From assembly GCA_005223125.1 (NCBI GenBank), contig NJBH01000014.1:26202-90201 (forward strand): DNA of 64,000 nucleotides, read 5' to 3'. Shown piece after piece: positions 1 through 11,091 of this stretch. A model generated the notes under the pieces. The model was not told the origin of the DNA. It searched no databases and worked only from the letters and a program-made list of their open reading frames with translations. The stretch comes from Promethearchaeota archaeon Loki_b32. Lineage in GTDB: Archaea; Asgardarchaeota; Lokiarchaeia; Sigyniarchaeales; SOKP01. Both the position numbers and the translations under genes were made by a program. Position 1 is the first letter of the stretch. Every line of letters starts with the position of its first letter.

Positions 1-318
1 TAAAAATACATAAAGAAAAAAATTTGGAAAGAAAAATGTCATTAAATTCATTGAATAAGCTTTTTTACAATTACTATAAATAAAAATTGGAATTAATGAT
101 ACCAAAATCCAGCTAGTATATAAAAAGTTAAGACCAAATAAATTATCAAATAACGTATAATTTGCTAAAATTTGTATAATTTTTTCTCGCTCTATTGAAA
201 TATCTTCATCAAGAGATATATCAATCTCATAGCCGATGCCATAAATTAAAAGGCTTAAAAGCAGTATTTGAATAATAAATATAATTATTCTGCTTCTAAA
301 AACTTCAATTATCTTCAT
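1..318 (-). CDS. Hypothetical membrane protein (partial, runs off the window edge)
   Basis: ATG at 318, open frame to base 1: MKIIEVFRSRIIIFIIQILLLSLLIYGIG... with several hydrophobic stretches. Read by hand; not in the ORF track. Confidence 0.7.
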   Translation of the reverse strand, partial: MKIIEVFRSRIIIFIIQILLLSLLIYGIGYEIDISLDEDISIEREKIIQILANYTLFDNLFGLNFLYTSWILVSLIPIFIYSNCKKAYSMNLMTFFFPNFFLYVFL

Positions 319-475
319 TATTATGTAATTAAATTTATCGATACATTAAATTCTTTTTTAAGGCTTTAAAATTTAAAACTTTTGAATTATTGATATTTAA
401 ATCAAAGTTATTGTTAATTTCTGCCATTAAAAAAAAAAAGAAAAGTAAATTAAAGTATTTTCATAATTTGTGTTT

Positions 476-860
476 TCAAGTTATTTTCTGTAATTTCTTC
501 CTCGATACTATGACTATTGTTATTCCAACTATTAAGGTTATCGTTAGAATTTCAACGTAATATCCCGGAATAAAGGGTTATTCTTCACTTGTATCAAAAT
601 ATGCTGTAAATACCGGATCGTGAACGAGTTTTCCTCCCCCACTCTCACCATACTTAGGATAACACGTAATAAAGAAAGCCGCAGTTTCATTTGGATGAAA
701 ACCTTCCCAAGCATCTTCAAATGGTACTCCATGGGTGAATTGGTTTGTTTGATTCACAGCATAACTTATCATTAATCGAGCAAAATCACCCATTAATGGA
801 AGCATCCCGGAGACAAAATTAATGAATTCTGAATCATCATTTACATCTAAACATTCATAA
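476..860 (-). pseudogene. Remnant of a surface protein with an IPGY-TM-basic (Loki-CTERM-like) tail
   Basis: ORF 578..805 continues past the TAA at 578-580 in the same frame as PFIPGYYVEILTITLIVGITIVIVSRKKLQKIT* (stop 476-478). The 5' end appears truncated. Confidence 0.65.
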
Positions 861-1079
861 AGAATCTATTTGAAAATTAAAAGTCCCTAAAACAATAAAA
901 TTTTTAATATTTGCTATCTTTATTTATGTACAGTGGAAGACTTGTACTCTTATTTTTTAAAATTAACATTATATCATTGTTATAGAGGATGTTTTCTCCC
1001 ATGAGTTGTATTTCTTCTTCTAAATTTGTAAAAGAAAGTAAAAATCTTGAGGTATTTTAATTATGGAGGTATTTAGCTT

Positions 1080-4001
1080 ATGAGTTATACATTTTCAAGA
1101 ATGAAAATGATTGAAAAAATCAAGTTTGGGTTATTAAGTCCCAATGAAATCCGTAGAATGTCTGCGGCTCGTATAATTACTGCTGATACATATGATGAGG
1201 ATGGTCTCCCGATCCCGAGTGGACTTATGGACCAAAGACTAGGTACCATCGAACCTGGCCAACGTTGTCAAACGTGTGGTAATCTAGTAAGCAATTGTAT
1301 GGGCCATTTTGGGCACATAGAATTAGCCCGTCCAATTATTCATGTAGGATATGCAAAAAAAGTCTTAAAAGTATTACGGAGTATTTGTCCCGAATGCTCT
1401 CGTTTACTGCTAACTGAAGATGAAAAAGAGAAATTCAGAGAAGAACAATTAAAACACAGAAAAATTTTTTTTGAAGGTGATGAGGATGCGGCTAAAATTG
1501 TGTTTAAAAGAGCAAGAAAATCGAAATTATGCCCATATTGTGGAGCTAAAAAGAAAAAAATAGTAATTGAGAAACCTACTACATTTTATGAAGAAGAAGA
1601 AGGAAGAGGCTCACGGAGAATAACACCTATTGAGATTTTAGAACGATTAAAAAAAATTGGAGACGTAGATCTCAGGATTCTTGGTATTTCACCTGAGAAT
1701 GCAAGACTTGAATGGGTTATATTTACGGTCTTACCAATTCCTCCTGTATGTGCGAGACCATCAATTACATTAGATAGTGGTATTCGTTCTGAAGATGATT
1801 TAACACATAAATTGGTTGATGTTATTCGAATTAACCAAAGATTAAGGGAAAATATTGATGCGGGAGCACCACATTTAATAGTTGAAGATCTATGGGAACT
1901 ATTACAATATCATATTACTACCTATTTTGATAATCAAGTGTCTGGGATCCCTCCTGCAAGACACCGTTCTGGTAGAGCACTTAGAACATTAACTCAGAGG
2001 TTAAAAGGGAAAGAAGGTAGATTTAGAAGCAATTTAAGTGGAAAGCGAGTTGATTTTTCTGCTCGTAGTGTTATTTCACCAAATCCATATATAAGTATCA
2101 ATGATGTTGGAGTACCAATAGAAATTGCGAAAATATTAACAATTCCCACTAATGTTAACGATTGGAATATCGAAGAAATGAAACAATTGGTTTTAAGTGG
2201 ACCTTTTAGACATCCAGGTGCTAATTATATAATACGTAATGATCGCAGAAGAATTGATCTTCGATATGTAAAAAACCGGAAGATTATTGCTGATATGCTC
2301 ACACCAGGTTTTACAATCGAACGCCATCTAAATGAGGGAGATTTAGTATTATTTAATCGTCAACCTTCCCTTCATAGAATGTCAATAATGGCACACGAAG
2401 TAAAAATAATGGAAGGGAGAACATTTCGATTAAATTTGACTGTATGTCCACCATATAACGCTGATTTTGATGGTGATGAAATGAATTTGCATGTACCTCA
2501 AAGTGAAGAGGCTCGTACAGAAGCAGAGTTACTTCTTAAAGTTCAAAATCACATATTATCTCCACGATTTGGTGGGCCAATATTAGGTGGAATTCAAGAT
2601 TTTATTTCAAGTGTATTTCAATTCACGAGTAAAAATTCAATATACAATAAAAAGGATGCATTAAAATTATTATATACTGGAGATGTTTATAAAAATAATC
2701 CTAATTTTAATTTAGATCAACTCACACCGGTAACAGTTGATCCAGAACCAATGTATTCTGGAAAAGAAATTTTTAGCACATTGTTTCCAGATGATCTTAA
2801 TATTAGAGTAAAATCTAAGTTTTGTAAGAAATGCGAAGTTTGTGAAGAAGAAAATTGCTTATACGATGCTTATGTCGTAATAAGAAATGGTAAATTGGTA
2901 ACTGGAACTATTGATGAAAACTCCTTTGGTGCTATGCAATCAAATAGTATATTACAACGCATTATTAAAGATCATGGTAACGCCTTAGGAAGAATATTTT
3001 TAGATAGTGCAACTAAGATGCTCTTATATGTTATTAGACAGAATGGAATGACAATGGGATTGGATGAGGTTTATGTACATGGACAAGCCTATGAAGAGAT
3101 AGAAAAAATATTGGATGATGCTAATACAGAATCTAATAAATTAATTGATGCATTCAACGATAATGATACAACTTTTCTTAGAAGGGCTCCTGGTCGTTCA
3201 ATGAGAGAAACTTTAGAATTAAGAATCAGGCAAGTTTTAGCAGAAGCAAGAAAAAAAGCAGAAGAAACTGCAGCAGGTTTTATTGGTGATGAAGCTCATT
3301 CTGTTATTATGACTAAATCTGGAGCTCGAGGAAATATATTAAATTTAGGACAAATGTCTGCCGTTGTTGGACAACAAGCGATTAGAGGTGAACGAATTAA
3401 TCGAGGATATAGTATGAGAACACTACCACATTTTAAAGTCAATGATCTTTCACCCAAATCTCGAGGTTTCGTTTCTTCTTCCTATAGAAATGGATTAAAA
3501 CCAGTAGAATTTTTCTTTCATGCAATGGGTGGAAGAGAAGGTTTAGTTGATACTGCAGTAAGAACATCCACATCTGGATATATGCAACGAAGGTTAGTAA
3601 ATGCATTTCAGGATATGGTTGTTGAAAATGATGGCACTGTCAGAAACTCGGACAAAAATGTTATTCAATTTCGCTTTGGAGATGATGGGATTGATGCCAT
3701 GCACACTGATCATGGTGCTGCTGTTAATTTAGATGTTTTATTATTGAAGGCTAAAGCTTTGAATGTTGAAGAAGTACGTAAAGAAATTAAAAATATTCCT
3801 ACAGAAAAAAAATCACCTCCTAAGAAAAAAATAGTCTCAAAAGAAAAACCCATCGAAAGTACTACTGATAAAGCTAAAAAAGAAGATGGGGATGAAGATT
3901 CCCTAATGCAGAAATTTGAAGAAGAAACTGGTAAAAAAGCAAAGTGGCGCGGTAAAGAAACTAAAGCTTATTTAAATTGGAAAGAAGAAAAATTGGGATA
4001 A
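1080..4001 (+). CDS. rpoA1: DNA-directed RNA polymerase subunit A' (Rpo1N)
   Basis: Catalytic NADFDGD motif, Zn-binding CQTC...CMGHFGH, GKRVDFSARSVI, bridge helix DTAVRTSTSGY. Confidence 0.99.
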   Translation: MSYTFSRMKMIEKIKFGLLSPNEIRRMSAARIITADTYDEDGLPIPSGLMDQRLGTIEPGQRCQTCGNLVSNCMGHFGHIELARPIIHVGYAKKVLKVLRSICPECSRLLLTEDEKEKFREEQLKHRKIFFEGDEDAAKIVFKRARKSKLCPYCGAKKKKIVIEKPTTFYEEEEGRGSRRITPIEILERLKKIGDVDLRILGISPENARLEWVIFTVLPIPPVCARPSITLDSGIRSEDDLTHKLVDVIRINQRLRENIDAGAPHLIVEDLWELLQYHITTYFDNQVSGIPPARHRSGRALRTLTQRLKGKEGRFRSNLSGKRVDFSARSVISPNPYISINDVGVPIEIAKILTIPTNVNDWNIEEMKQLVLSGPFRHPGANYIIRNDRRRIDLRYVKNRKIIADMLTPGFTIERHLNEGDLVLFNRQPSLHRMSIMAHEVKIMEGRTFRLNLTVCPPYNADFDGDEMNLHVPQSEEARTEAELLLKVQNHILSPRFGGPILGGIQDFISSVFQFTSKNSIYNKKDALKLLYTGDVYKNNPNFNLDQLTPVTVDPEPMYSGKEIFSTLFPDDLNIRVKSKFCKKCEVCEEENCLYDAYVVIRNGKLVTGTIDENSFGAMQSNSILQRIIKDHGNALGRIFLDSATKMLLYVIRQNGMTMGLDEVYVHGQAYEEIEKILDDANTESNKLIDAFNDNDTTFLRRAPGRSMRETLELRIRQVLAEARKKAEETAAGFIGDEAHSVIMTKSGARGNILNLGQMSAVVGQQAIRGERINRGYSMRTLPHFKVNDLSPKSRGFVSSSYRNGLKPVEFFFHAMGGREGLVDTAVRTSTSGYMQRRLVNAFQDMVVENDGTVRNSDKNVIQFRFGDDGIDAMHTDHGAAVNLDVLLLKAKALNVEEVRKEIKNIPTEKKSPPKKKIVSKEKPIESTTDKAKKEDGDEDSLMQKFEEETGKKAKWRGKETKAYLNWKEEKLG

Positions 4002-4015
4002 AATAATTAGTTTAA

Positions 4016-5239
<1,224 letters not shown>

Positions 5240-5347
5240 CCGAAAACTTTTAATTAGGATGAAATTATAGATGTGCTTAAATAAAAAAATTAAATATTAA
5301 AAAAGTATTATTCTTATTAGTTAATATAGATACTGATTGAAAATATC

Positions 5348-5719
5348 ATGGCAAGAAAGAACAAACCTGTTGCAACTAAACTTGATCTCAGTAGGAAAAA
5401 AACCAGAGAATTTGATGTTGATACTAATATCAAAGTTGCTTACAAAACGGGTAAAATTTTATATGGTAAAAATCAAATTTTAAAGAACTTATTTAGAGAA
5501 AATCCGTTCAAGATGCTAATTATGAGCAATAACTGTCCTTCAGAATTGATGACTCAAATTAATCACTTTAATTCTCTTTTAAAAGATAAACTTTTCATTC
5601 ATAAATATAAAGGTTCGAGTTGGGATTTAGGATTAGCTTGCGCTAAGCCATATATGATTTCTGTAATGGGTATAATTGATTTTGGAGATTCTGATTTAAT
5701 CTCTTTAAGAACTAAATGA
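5348..5719 (+). CDS. rpl30e: 50S ribosomal protein L30e
   Basis: KTGKILYG...SNNCP...YKGSSWDLGLACAKPY...IIDFGDSD; conserved position after rpoA2. Confidence 0.95.
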   Translation: MARKNKPVATKLDLSRKKTREFDVDTNIKVAYKTGKILYGKNQILKNLFRENPFKMLIMSNNCPSELMTQINHFNSLLKDKLFIHKYKGSSWDLGLACAKPYMISVMGIIDFGDSDLISLRTK

Positions 5720-5747
5720 TAATAACTACACTTAACAAGATGCTTAC

Positions 5748-6224
5748 ATGTTAAAAAAGAATATTAAAATTGATCGGGAAGCAATGGAACTGATTTCGTT
5801 ATTCAATAACATCTCTGGTGCTATAATTAAAGATTGCTTGATTTTTAAATCACCTGAGAATGGATCCGAAATAATCATTTTTTTAGTAAAAGAAGAGGAT
5901 GTAGGAAAAGCAATTGGAAAAGCTGGTGAACATGTTAAAGATTTAAAATCAAAACTCCAAAAAAAGATAGATGTTATTGCTTTTTCTGAGGATCTTAATC
6001 ATTTCATTCAGAATATCTTACAAACTACTAAAAACTCAATTATAGTTCAAAACATAGAAATTAAAGAAAGTATAAATCAAAAAAAAACCGTTATCATTAC
6101 TGTACGCCCTCAAGACCGTGGAAAAGCTATTGGAAAAGATGGTTCGATGATAAGAAAAATTAAAGAATTGGTGCTAAGGTATTTTGAAGTTGATAATGTA
6201 ATTATCAATACGAAAAATGTCTGA
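5748..6224 (+). CDS. nusA: Archaeal NusA (KH-domain) transcription factor
   Basis: Two KH motifs (GKAIGKAG, GKAIGKDG); synteny with rpoA2-L30e. Confidence 0.95.
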   Translation: MLKKNIKIDREAMELISLFNNISGAIIKDCLIFKSPENGSEIIIFLVKEEDVGKAIGKAGEHVKDLKSKLQKKIDVIAFSEDLNHFIQNILQTTKNSIIVQNIEIKESINQKKTVIITVRPQDRGKAIGKDGSMIRKIKELVLRYFEVDNVIINTKNV

Positions 6225-6288
6225 TTTTATTACCTAAAAATTATACTTATTAACTACGATTAATTTAATCACAAAATTACCCATTAGA

Positions 6289-7545
6289 GTGATTTATATT
6301 TCAAAATTAAAATATTATGATGAACAAACTGCTATAAATCATGTTAAATCATTAGGTTTTACACGACACGCGGCTACTGAGGGTGAAACTAAAACTATAA
6401 ATTATATCCAAAAGCAACTTGATAAAGAGAACGTTGATACTAAAGTTGAGTCTTTTAAATGGACTAAAACATCATCGAAATTCAGGAAATTGATTTTTTT
6501 ATGGGTATTTATTGTTTTTATGAGTACTGAGATATTATTATTATATCCTAATTTAACATGGATAATTCTTCCTCTTGATGGCCTTTTTTTTATAGTATTA
6601 ATGTTGGGAGGGAAATATGCTTTTGATCACTCAAGGATTATATTCATAGGGAAGAAAAACGAGTCAAAAAATGTAATAGCGACCATACATGCTAAAGATT
6701 TGTATCCAAAAAGACCTGTCATTATTTTTTCAGCTCATCATGATTCAGTTTCTACAAATTTTCCATACAAAATGATGAAGATATTACTTTTTTCGGTAGT
6801 ATTTTTATTTCTTTCATCTCTTCTCATAAACTTAGTTCTTTCAATTTGGTCAATTGTAGCATTATTTACTGCAATTCAAATTGATATCATATATTTATGG
6901 ATAAGAAACATATCTTTAATTATTGGGATTATCCTACTAACAGAAATTTTCATCTTATTTATTAGGAAAAAGACTAATGAATCTTTAGGTTCAATAGATA
7001 ATGCTTCTGGTGTTGCTATTCTATTAGAATTAGCGAAATTAATTAAAAAAAATCCTCTCGAAAAAACTGATGTAATCTTTTTATGGTGTGGAGCAGAGGA
7101 ACTGGGTCTCTGGGGATCGAAACAATATTGTTCTAAGCATGTGGAAGAATTAGATAACGATTACGACTTAAATAAATCATATAACATTAACATAGACATG
7201 GTAGGTACCTATATAGGGTTAATTGATGAAACTGGCTTAATTAAGAAGAAGAAATTAAATGAAAATTTAAATGATGTCTTAAAAGCATCAGTTACACACC
7301 AAAAAATCATATCTGAGAACCCAAAAATGGCATTAGGCGCTGGAAGTGATCATTTAATTTTTCGGGCATTTACAAAGAAAGCAGAAAAGAAAGGTTTTCA
7401 AATATCTTGCTTTATATCAAATAAAGATTCAAAATATATTCATTCTAAAAAAGATACTCCTGAATTATGCTCTGCTGAAAATCTAAATGGATGTATAGAT
7501 ATTTGCTATAATGCTATTAAAAGCCTTGATCTCAGAGTAGAATAA
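6289..7545 (+). CDS. Membrane-bound M28-family metallopeptidase
   Basis: SAHHD, GSIDNASG, GAEE, NIDM, GSDH and YIHS motifs, interrupted by two pairs of TM helices. Confidence 0.85.
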   Translation: MIYISKLKYYDEQTAINHVKSLGFTRHAATEGETKTINYIQKQLDKENVDTKVESFKWTKTSSKFRKLIFLWVFIVFMSTEILLLYPNLTWIILPLDGLFFIVLMLGGKYAFDHSRIIFIGKKNESKNVIATIHAKDLYPKRPVIIFSAHHDSVSTNFPYKMMKILLFSVVFLFLSSLLINLVLSIWSIVALFTAIQIDIIYLWIRNISLIIGIILLTEIFILFIRKKTNESLGSIDNASGVAILLELAKLIKKNPLEKTDVIFLWCGAEELGLWGSKQYCSKHVEELDNDYDLNKSYNINIDMVGTYIGLIDETGLIKKKKLNENLNDVLKASVTHQKIISENPKMALGAGSDHLIFRAFTKKAEKKGFQISCFISNKDSKYIHSKKDTPELCSAENLNGCIDICYNAIKSLDLRVE

Positions 7546-7588
7546 CGTGTCTGCATTAAATGGTTAGCAGATTCGGGCTTTTTATTAA

Positions 7589-8017
7589 TTATCGTATTGG
7601 TTTCTCTTTTTTTCCAGCTAAAAGTGCTTCAAGGCTAACACCATTAACTTTAACTACTCTATAACGAACTCCAGGAAGATCTCCTATCGATCTTCCTTTT
7701 GCTCCACCGATTCCTTCGACAATCACTCGATCATGTTCTTCTATGAAGTTAAGTGCCCCATCACCAGGTAGGAACGCTGTAACTCCTTTTCCATTTTTCT
7801 TCAATTGAATTCTCACACATTTTCTTATAGCTGAGTTTGGTTGTTTACTTTCACGACCAACCTTCTGAAGAACGATTCCTAGAGCCTGACAAGAGCCTTC
7901 GAGTGGATCAACCTTCTTCTTTAATTGGAGTTTTCTTCTTTTATATTTCTTTTTTGACCATCGAAATTTTTTTCGATTAGTTTGAAGCTTTCTTGCAGCG
8001 TACAAGCCTTTGGGCAT
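7589..8017 (-). CDS. rps12: 30S ribosomal protein S12 (uS12)
   Basis: [14 protein letters not shown] and GDLPGVRY motifs. Confidence 0.98.
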   Translation of the reverse strand: MPKGLYAARKLQTNRKKFRWSKKKYKRRKLQLKKKVDPLEGSCQALGIVLQKVGRESKQPNSAIRKCVRIQLKKNGKGVTAFLPGDGALNFIEEHDRVIVEGIGGAKGRSIGDLPGVRYRVVKVNGVSLEALLAGKKEKPIR

Positions 8018-8163
8018 TTTTTCACCAAATTTTTATTATTATTAATAAAGTAAAACATATCTTAGAACTTAAAATTTATGAATAGACGTTTTTTCAGAAA
8101 TCTAAAAAAATTAATACTATTAATAATTTTGTTTAATAATCAAATACTCAACAATAATGGATT

Positions 8164-8781
8164 ATGAGTAAAACAAAGAAAGAAATCAAACTTTTCAATA
8201 AGTGGGCATTTGAAGATATAAAAATTAAGGATAGAACGCTTGAAAACTATATAAATTTAAAACCTATTATAGTTCCCCATTCAGCAGGGAGACATGAGCA
8301 TAAAAGATTTTGGAAATCTTCAAAAGTCTCTGTTATTGAACGATTTTCTAATAGATTGCTTTCTCCAGGTTTTATTGGCAATAAAATTAGAGGACGTAAG
8401 AGTTCTTATAATTCGGGCAAGAAAAATAAGCTTCTAAAGAGTTTGGAAAATGCTTTCACACTAATAGAATTGATAACTGAACAAAACCCTATTCAAGTTT
8501 TAGTAGATGGGATTTGTAATTCTGCACCTAGAGAAGAAACGACGAGAATTGCTCTTGGAGGTATCAGGTACGCGTCAGCAGTAGATATCGCACCGCAGCG
8601 TCGAGTTGACTTGGCTATCAAATATCTCGCTCAAGCAATAGGCGCTAGATCCCATTCAAATGTCAGACAATTTGGAGAAAATCTTGCTCAGGAATTGATG
8701 TTAGCAGCAAATAGCAGTCAAGAATCTAGAGCTATTAAGAGAAAGGATGAAATAGAAAGAATTGCTGTCTCAGCTAGGTAA
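8164..8781 (+). CDS. rps7: 30S ribosomal protein S7 (uS7)
   Basis: KLFNKW, PHSAGRH, NSAPREE, VDIAPQRRVD, ERIAVSAR. Confidence 0.98.
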   Translation: MSKTKKEIKLFNKWAFEDIKIKDRTLENYINLKPIIVPHSAGRHEHKRFWKSSKVSVIERFSNRLLSPGFIGNKIRGRKSSYNSGKKNKLLKSLENAFTLIELITEQNPIQVLVDGICNSAPREETTRIALGGIRYASAVDIAPQRRVDLAIKYLAQAIGARSHSNVRQFGENLAQELMLAANSSQESRAIKRKDEIERIAVSAR

Positions 8782-9309
8782 TTATATTTAATATTTTTAA
8801 CAAATCACTTTTTATAAATATCTTACTAATCATCTCTTTGGATATACAACCCCTTAATTTTTGTTCAAAATTTATTTCCAGAATTTATAATAACTATTTT
8901 TGAAAGAATTTATACTTCAAAAATTTACCATTTTATTTTAAATACCAAACAAGTGCATCATTAACACAGGGATATATATGGCAGTTCTATTTACATATAA
9001 CTTAATTTCACTATTTGTAAGTTAATTAAGGAGGGTATGAAGGATAAGGGCACTGAAAAAATAGGAATGGTTTAATAAGGATGAAAGTATGGAAGAAATG
9101 AGTCCAAAAGAGTAGAATTGCGAAAATTTTAAAGAAATTGTAAAAGAAATTAAAATTAATGAGTCCAAGAAAAAGATTGATTATTTAACTAATTTATAAC
9201 ATAAAAGTATAAAATATAAAGAAATATTGGTGAGAAAGCAAGTAACTTTATGAAACTCATGGTAAATCCTTAATCTAAATATAAAAAAAAGAAAAAAAGT
9301 ATTATCAAT

Positions 9310-10779
9310 TCATTTACTATTCATATAATCCAAAATAGTGCCTACAACCGCAAGAGTAAGAATTATTCCAATAGGAATGAAAGTAATCCAAGCCTCATTC
9401 GGTTGGAGAACACTTACCTGAAGAACCATCATAATAAAAGTCATCAATAAAAAGACCGTCCATAAACTAAGTTTCCTTGTTTTAAGCGGTTTTTTGATAA
9501 TAAAATTGGTTATTAGAGCTATAACAGCGTAAATGAGAATTATCAAAAGAGGTATTGGTACCCATAAGACCTGACCCCAAAGAGTTAAAAACAAGAGCGA
9601 CACATAGATTGTGAACAAGTTAATGGAATATAGCACCCGTTTTAATAAGTTTTTATTGGTGTCTATTTTATACCATAATATTCCGAAAGAGATGAATAGC
9701 AGCCACGCAAAAATCATGTCGAAAATTTTATCAGGTCCAAAACCGACATCTATAGCATAATGTGTACCCCAAAAAGCAAATATCATTCCATATCCTAAAA
9801 TTTGAATGAGTAAAATATGGTATGTTGATTTTCCAATCATAGAAATCGCTCGTGAAATTCGCCCTTCTGATTTTTGAGGTAGGAAATTTATTGCTAGTAA
9901 CACTAAAAATGCTGAATAGAGTACAATCAAGAAATGATAATCACCTCTCATAAGTGGGATCCCATCGACTCTAAATCTAAAGCCATAAAATTGATGTGCA
10001 ATACAAAATGCTAAACTGAATGGAAATAATATCCACATAAATAAATTCCGCTTTTCTTTAAGTTTGCATCCAAAGGAAAACCACATCCCTATGCCAATAC
10101 CAGGGAGAAGAAATAAAACGCTGTTCATTATAAGACTTAGGTAATGAACTTCTTCCCATGTTGTAATTTCTCCAATAAAGAAAAATATTATCAAATGCAT
10201 TATGATTTCTATAACAAAACATAAGACTATAGCCAAGATTGGTTTTTTTGTGAAAGCTTTATAAAGCAAAGGCATAATTAAAATAGATTGGAAAATTACT
10301 GGAAGAAACCAATTTCCCGGACCCCAAAACGGTAATATTCCTACAAATAAGTTTATAATGCCGTGATTTGGATAATATTGTCCATGATACATTGCTGAAA
10401 GATCAAATCCATACATAAATAACCCTATAAAAGTTGATACAGCATATAAAACGAGAAATGGGACAATATACCGTAAAATTTTGCTTTTAAAATAACTCCA
10501 TGAATATAATTCTCTTAGTTTTGTTGTCTTTTTCCTTTGAAATGAGAGACCCATATTAAATCCCATTATCACTAAAAATACTGGAATTGAAATTCTCTCC
10601 CAAAGAGTTACACCTATCTCACTTTTTACTCCCCACGCTACCATATGATCAAAAATTACTAGAAAGATCATAGCTGCCTTTAAGAAATCTACTTGGAAAA
10701 AATGTTCTTTACTTTCCTCTGAAATCTTTTTTTCAGTTTCTACTAATACTAATTCAGCAGATTGCTTTTTATCTGTCAT
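9310..10779 (-). CDS. Acyltransferase-3 (OafA-like) integral membrane O-acyltransferase
   Basis: DFLKAAMIFLVIFDH, IPVFLVIMG, NWFL and GKSTYHILL motifs; many TM helices. Confidence 0.8.
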   Translation of the reverse strand: MTDKKQSAELVLVETEKKISEESKEHFFQVDFLKAAMIFLVIFDHMVAWGVKSEIGVTLWERISIPVFLVIMGFNMGLSFQRKKTTKLRELYSWSYFKSKILRYIVPFLVLYAVSTFIGLFMYGFDLSAMYHGQYYPNHGIINLFVGILPFWGPGNWFLPVIFQSILIMPLLYKAFTKKPILAIVLCFVIEIIMHLIIFFFIGEITTWEEVHYLSLIMNSVLFLLPGIGIGMWFSFGCKLKEKRNLFMWILFPFSLAFCIAHQFYGFRFRVDGIPLMRGDYHFLIVLYSAFLVLLAINFLPQKSEGRISRAISMIGKSTYHILLIQILGYGMIFAFWGTHYAIDVGFGPDKIFDMIFAWLLFISFGILWYKIDTNKNLLKRVLYSINLFTIYVSLLFLTLWGQVLWVPIPLLIILIYAVIALITNFIIKKPLKTRKLSLWTVFLLMTFIMMVLQVSVLQPNEAWITFIPIGIILTLAVVGTILDYMNSK

Positions 10780-11091
10780 TTAAACCTAACATTTTTTTTT
10801 ATTTTTCAAAATTGTTATTATGAATTTTAATTAACTTAATAAAATATAACGAAGAAATAGTCCAATTTTTATAATCACAATAATGTAAAATGATGAGTTT
10901 TAGAAGTCAGATTTCTTTTGAATAAAATTAATTTAAGTATCAGATTAACTCTCTTAGATAATAGTTTCATATCACCTACATATTATCTAAATTCATTTAC
11001 TATTTAGAAAATTCCTAAATTTTTATATAACTGTTAACCATATTATTTAGTTAAGCAGATTTAAAGAAAGAGTATTGAGATAATAAGAAAA

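Noticed and set aside
7549-7572. Possible hairpin terminator between the convergent peptidase and rps12 genes
   Set aside because: Only a 5-6 bp stem, and archaeal termination does not need hairpins; insufficient evidence.
9030-9270. Purine-rich, coding-like intergenic stretch after rps7
   Set aside because: Interrupted by stops and has no identifiable homology; at most a decayed fragment.
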